A stretch of 64,000 nucleotides of DNA, from NCBI GenBank assembly GCA_963699755.1, contig CAVOVB010000002.1, positions 288,001-352,000 of the forward strand, read 5' to 3'. The number at the start of each line of letters is the position of its first letter. Position 1 is the stretch's first letter. The stretch is from an uncultured delta proteobacterium. Lineage in GTDB: Bacteria > Myxococcota_A > Polyangia > Polyangiales > Houyiibacteriaceae. A model generated the notes under the pieces. The model was given only the letters and a program-made list of their open reading frames with translations. It made no database searches and was not told the DNA's origin. Shown here piece by piece: positions 62,091 to 64,000 of this stretch. The translations under genes were made by a program, and so were the position numbers.

Positions 62091-63905
62091 CTATGGTGCG
62101 GCGTCGCCGTCTTCAGTCGCACCTTCCTCGGGGCCCGTGTCGACCATGTGGAACTCGACGCGTCGGTTCTGCGCGAGCTCTTCCTTGGTCCTGGCGTCGG
62201 GAACGAGTGGCCGGGTTGGACCGAAGCCCTCGGCAATCAGGCGATCGTTACTGACCTTACCCCTACCGACGAGGTAGCGAACCACGGTCGTCGCGCGCAT
62301 CTTCGAGAGCCTCATGTTGTACTTGAGGCTACCGGTCGAGTCTGTGTGGCCCTCGACTCGGACGAGCTCGATCTCCGGGTGTGCGTTCAGGACCTCGGCC
62401 ACGTTGTCGAGCAGCGCGAAGGAGCGCGTCTGAAGCTTGTGACTTCCGGTCTTGAAGTAGACCTTCTCGAGGATCTCGAGCTGGCCCAGGCCGATGACCA
62501 CCATCTGGGCATTCTGACAGCCGTGGTTCTCCACGGTGCCCGGCTCATCCGGGCAGTTGTCGACGCGGTCGGGAACACCGTCGCCATCGCGATCGGGGTC
62601 CGGACAGCCGTTGTTCTCCAGGCTGCCAGGCTCGTTCGGACACTGGTCGTCGACATCGAGAATACCGTCGCCATCGTTGTCTGGATCGGGGCAACCGTCC
62701 TCGTCCTCGAATCCGTCGATGTCTTCGGGGTCGTTCGGACAGCCGTCGTCGACGTCGAGCACGCCATCGCCGTCGTTATCGAGGTCGGGACAACCATCTT
62801 CGTCCTGGAAGCCGTCGAAATCCTCAGGGTCATTGGGACACTGGTCGACGTCATCGAGAATGCCGTCGCCGTCGATATCCAGAATCGGTTCGACCCCGGG
62901 CATCGTGTAGCCGATCATCCCGATGCCGCGCCAATCGGGCGCGCCGTAGCCAGCGGTCACGCCCGCGCTACCCGAAACACCAACCACGAATCCCTTCGGA
63001 TGCAGGTACTTGAAGCCGCCGAGCACCTCCACGGGCGTCTCTTCTCGGACCCAGAACTTCACTTGGGTGTTTGCCGCGGTGCGGCCAAAAGCTTCAGCCG
63101 AGAGCATGAACTTCTCCTGGCCGAGCATGAGCAAAAGGCCACCGCCGAAGGTGAATTCGTTGCCAACATAGAGATTGGGCGCCACCTGTCGACCGTTCAT
63201 GTTACCGAGCTTATAGCCCGCCTGGATCGGAATACGCACGATGTCTCCCGCGTTGAAGGTCATCAGGAGCTCGAACCAGCCGCCGATGTACGGCTTCTTG
63301 TCGAACTGGCCGGCGTACTTCTGCAGATTGTCCGACAGCGAGGAGGTATTGATCGTCATCGTGGCCTGCAAGGCGAGCTCGAAGACGTCGTCACGCGTGC
63401 CAAAGATGTTGCCGCGCGCACCGAAGTACACGTCTCCAAAGTGACCGCCGTTCGGAAGCAGGTAGTTGAAGCTCGGATCGGGCAAACCCGCCGCCGCGTT
63501 CTGCCCGGCATCGATGATGAAGTGATAGGGGATGTCCATGTAGATCACCAGGTGATCCCACAAACCCAAGTTCCAATTGATGTGTCCGGTGAGCTGTCGA
63601 TGGACGACCGAAGAGGTCGTGCCGTTACCCGACTGCTCGAAGACGAGCGCGTCGTCGTTGTAGTCGACGTAGATCATCAGACCAAACCGCTTGTGGCCTT
63701 GGCCGTCTGCGGTGCTCGTCGCAAAGCCGTCTGTCGCAAGCTCCGCGGGTCGGTACTGGTTTAAATCGATCTGCGCCGTACCCTGTGCCTGCACTGAGTC
63801 GCCGACCAAAAGCCCGAGCAGGCCTATGAGCACCGCCAGCAACCTTGCAACCCAACCCCGGTTGAGCATTCTTAGGTCATCGCTCTGATTCACGCCATCC
63901 TCCAT
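62091..63905 (-). CDS. Outer-membrane protein: beta-barrel + thrombospondin type-3 repeats + OmpA domain (TraB-like architecture)
   Basis: Signal peptide; DxDGDGxxDxxDxCP repeats; VYF.T, VEGHTD, N..LS..RA, NRRVEF; start may be 63869. Confidence 0.9.
   Translation of the reverse strand: MEDGVNQSDDLRMLNRGWVARLLAVLIGLLGLLVGDSVQAQGTAQIDLNQYRPAELATDGFATSTADGQGHKRFGLMIYVDYNDDALVFEQSGNGTTSSVVHRQLTGHINWNLGLWDHLVIYMDIPYHFIIDAGQNAAAGLPDPSFNYLLPNGGHFGDVYFGARGNIFGTRDDVFELALQATMTINTSSLSDNLQKYAGQFDKKPYIGGWFELLMTFNAGDIVRIPIQAGYKLGNMNGRQVAPNLYVGNEFTFGGGLLLMLGQEKFMLSAEAFGRTAANTQVKFWVREETPVEVLGGFKYLHPKGFVVGVSGSAGVTAGYGAPDWRGIGMIGYTMPGVEPILDIDGDGILDDVDQCPNDPEDFDGFQDEDGCPDLDNDGDGVLDVDDGCPNDPEDIDGFEDEDGCPDPDNDGDGILDVDDQCPNEPGSLENNGCPDPDRDGDGVPDRVDNCPDEPGTVENHGCQNAQMVVIGLGQLEILEKVYFKTGSHKLQTRSFALLDNVAEVLNAHPEIELVRVEGHTDSTGSLKYNMRLSKMRATTVVRYLVGRGKVSNDRLIAEGFGPTRPLVPDARTKEELAQNRRVEFHMVDTGPEEGATEDGDAAP
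62516..62878 (-). repeat. Four TSP3-like Ca-binding repeat units within the OmpA gene
   Basis: DIDGDG.., DNDGDG.., DNDGDG.., DRDGDG.., each followed by CP. Confidence 0.85.
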
Positions 63906-64000
63906 TCACGTCCCTGCAAGGGGCTGAAAACCCCGAATCTCCGCGCAAGTGTCGCCCTCAAGTAGCACCGCAGTAAAAAAAAGCGGAGCGAAAGCGACTA

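Noticed and set aside
62148..63764. Long antisense ORFs (also 19181-20713, 24305-25495, 14162-15460, 2359-3432)
   Set aside because: Shadow frames of real genes, expected from high-GC codon bias; no motifs

Overview
GC-rich bacterial chromosomal segment, most likely from a myxobacterium. The Myxococcota/Polyangia assignment is inferred from gene content: a large Hanks-type kinase, a TraB-like OmpA/TSP3 protein, a class II HMG-CoA reductase and a sigma-54 promoter. No rRNA, tRNA, CRISPR array or mobile element was seen. Main content: (1) metH, a membrane diguanylate cyclase and a parvulin; (2) a tightly coupled 10-gene minus-strand operon of GbsR-family regulator, polyprenyl synthase, HMG-CoA reductase and menG-F-D-H-A-C-E (no menB), preceded by a palindromic operator candidate; (3) ilvD, a sulfotransferase, a hydrolase-OsmC fusion, an ABC-F ATPase and a beta-propeller lipoprotein; (4) a 26-36 kb accessory zone with a decayed, apparently Fur-regulated system (porin, flavinylated FMN-binding protein, His-rich membrane protein, each with an in-frame stop), split by an intact ECF-sigma/anti-sigma operon, plus several deletion scars; (5) an MBOAT with two convergent, overlapping SGNH proteins; (6) metabolic genes (purU, ferrochelatase, acyl-CoA ligase, NhaC-family transporter, ALDH); (7) a metalloprotease-histidine kinase-response regulator-desaturase run divergent from a 1115-aa Ser/Thr kinase; (8) an OmpA/TSP3 outer-membrane protein. 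All calls come from motif recognition by eye; no database search was run.
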